64,000 nt of DNA from Adineta vaga (taxonomy: Eukaryota; Animalia; Rotifera), in assembly GCA_021613535.1 (NCBI GenBank), contig CP075493.1, forward strand, positions 13,454,001 to 13,518,000, read 5' to 3'. Each line of letters opens with the position of its first letter. Position 1 is the stretch's first letter. The notes below the pieces were generated by a model. That model had not been told where the DNA came from. It did no database searches and saw only the letters and a list, made by a program, of their open reading frames with translations. Positions 62,450 through 64,000 of the stretch are shown piece after piece. A program made the position numbers and the translations under genes.

Positions 62450-64000
62450 TAATTATGAACAGAAATGAATGATATTCCTCCTGATGTTGTTTGTGAATCT
62501 AAAACCATAAGAAAAAAGATTTCGATAAAATAGTTTTTAATATTTCAAACTTACAACATAGGACGGAAAATTTTTGAATACGATTGTTACGTCTATCAGC
62601 AACAATTAAAGCTCCATCTCGATCTAATTTAATACTTTGTGGGTAAAATAATTGGTTTGGTAAAACTCCAAATGTTGTACTTCCAGCAATAAGTATGCCT
62701 GATGTCGATCCTCTCATCCATAACATAATACGATTATTATACGTATCTGCAATATATAAGTTTCTATTGCTATCAGTAATCATTGATGATGGATAACATA
62801 ATCGATTAAGTTGATCGCCACAAAGACCTGTTTGTCCAGCAATTGTTATTCCACTTGTTGCACCTGGAGACCACATTTGTATTCGATGATTATCTGTATC
62901 TGCTACATAAAATATATTTCCATTATTTTCATCAACAAATATTCCATTTGGTCTATTGAATTGATTTGCTGCTGTTCCATAACTGCCACAAATGATACTA
63001 CCTGTAGAAGAATTTTCCCATCGAACGATGCGATGATTGCTGGTATCTGCGATCCAAATCCTTATTTTTGAATCAATATACATTCCAAATGGATTATTTA
63101 GTTGATTAGCAGACACACCATTTCCATTGCCACCAGCAACAATAATTCCATTCACTACACCGGATTTCCATTTCATTACACGATTATTTTCACTTTCAAG
63201 AGTATATATACTTCTATTTACATCTACGCTAATCGCACGCACTAAAAATAAAGAAACAGAAGGCAAGCAAATGAATTACGAGTTTCTAATAGATCAAAAT
63301 TACTAAATACAAATTGATACAATTCGAGAACATAGTAGCTAATATTAACAACTGTTATTCCATTAGTTGATGATGACTGAAAACGTTGTACTCGAAAGTT
63401 AAAAGAATCTACGATATACATTGTATTATTCTTGTCAATGAATATATCATAAGGAGAAGAAAGAGATGTTGATGCATAATTAGTGTCACCGATTGATGAA
63501 CCAGCAATAGTTGTTCCATTCGAATACCAAGTTGTCATTGAGCAACTTGCATTTAGATTAGCTACTGAAGAAAAACAAAGAATAGAAATGCATTTATGCT
63601 GTATTCTACAGAAAAATAATTCTTGCCAGTTGTTGTCATCGATGGAATTGTTGTAGTCGAGAGATTAGTTGATACAGCAGCTGGAAAGACAGAGAATAGA
63701 AACTAATACGACTAAAATCAAACTTACGACAAGAAATAGGAAATTTTTGAATTCGATTATTATAAGTATCCGTAACAAATAATGAGCCATTTAAATCAAA
63801 ATTTATATTTCTTGGATATGGAATTTGTATTACTTGTGTATCGAAATTGATCGGATATCCAATAATGACACCTGAACTTGCTCCAATCATCCATTTCAAA
63901 ATTCGATTATTCTCATAATCAGTAATATACATATATTGATTGCTATCAAGTATTACTGCGTGTGGTCGCCATAATTGATTAAGACCATTGCCATAGTAGC
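62450..64000 (-). CDS. NHL-repeat protein (partial; continues beyond the window)
   Basis: Repeated QL..P.G...D....YVADT.NHRIQ.W units separated by short introns. Confidence 0.8.

Noticed and set aside
1-64000. Prokaryotic defence system, CRISPR array or operon
   Set aside because: Spliceosomal introns and metazoan genes occur throughout, and no regularly spaced repeat-spacer array was seen.

Overview
AT-rich (~30% GC) eukaryotic DNA with short GT-AG introns (mostly 50-80 nt). The gene families point to a bdelloid rotifer (Adineta/Rotaria-like): REC-like/ART/TPR proteins, orphan rhodopsin-like GPCRs, NHL and RI-type LRR proteins, and many non-metazoan-looking enzymes. That assignment is inferred from family content, not proven. 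About 30 genes or gene remnants are present. Highlights: (1) A ~9 kb ADP-ribosylation island (33.7-42.6 kb) with a stand-alone R-S-E ART, a REC-like/ART/TPR gene, an intact WWE-ART fusion and a 2x macrodomain mono-PARP. A second ART-TPR lies at 0.6 kb and a signal-peptide/GPI-type DUF952 (ART-like fold) gene at 19 kb. (2) A cluster of probable horizontally acquired, partly intron-containing genes (GH76, LovC/TOXD-like enoyl reductase, DUF952, GMC oxidoreductase remnant), plus COMT and a DKNYY-repeat gene elsewhere. (3) About half of the genes carry premature stops, frameshifts or deletions while neighbours are intact. (4) A tRNA-like gene with a Gly-type body, ACA anticodon, G3:U70 and U73. 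(5) Two related TTAA-flanked piggyBac-type MITEs, one with a ~100 bp internal palindrome, and a hAT-like MITE. No CRISPR array or rRNA was seen. All domain calls come from motif recognition by eye; no searches were run.
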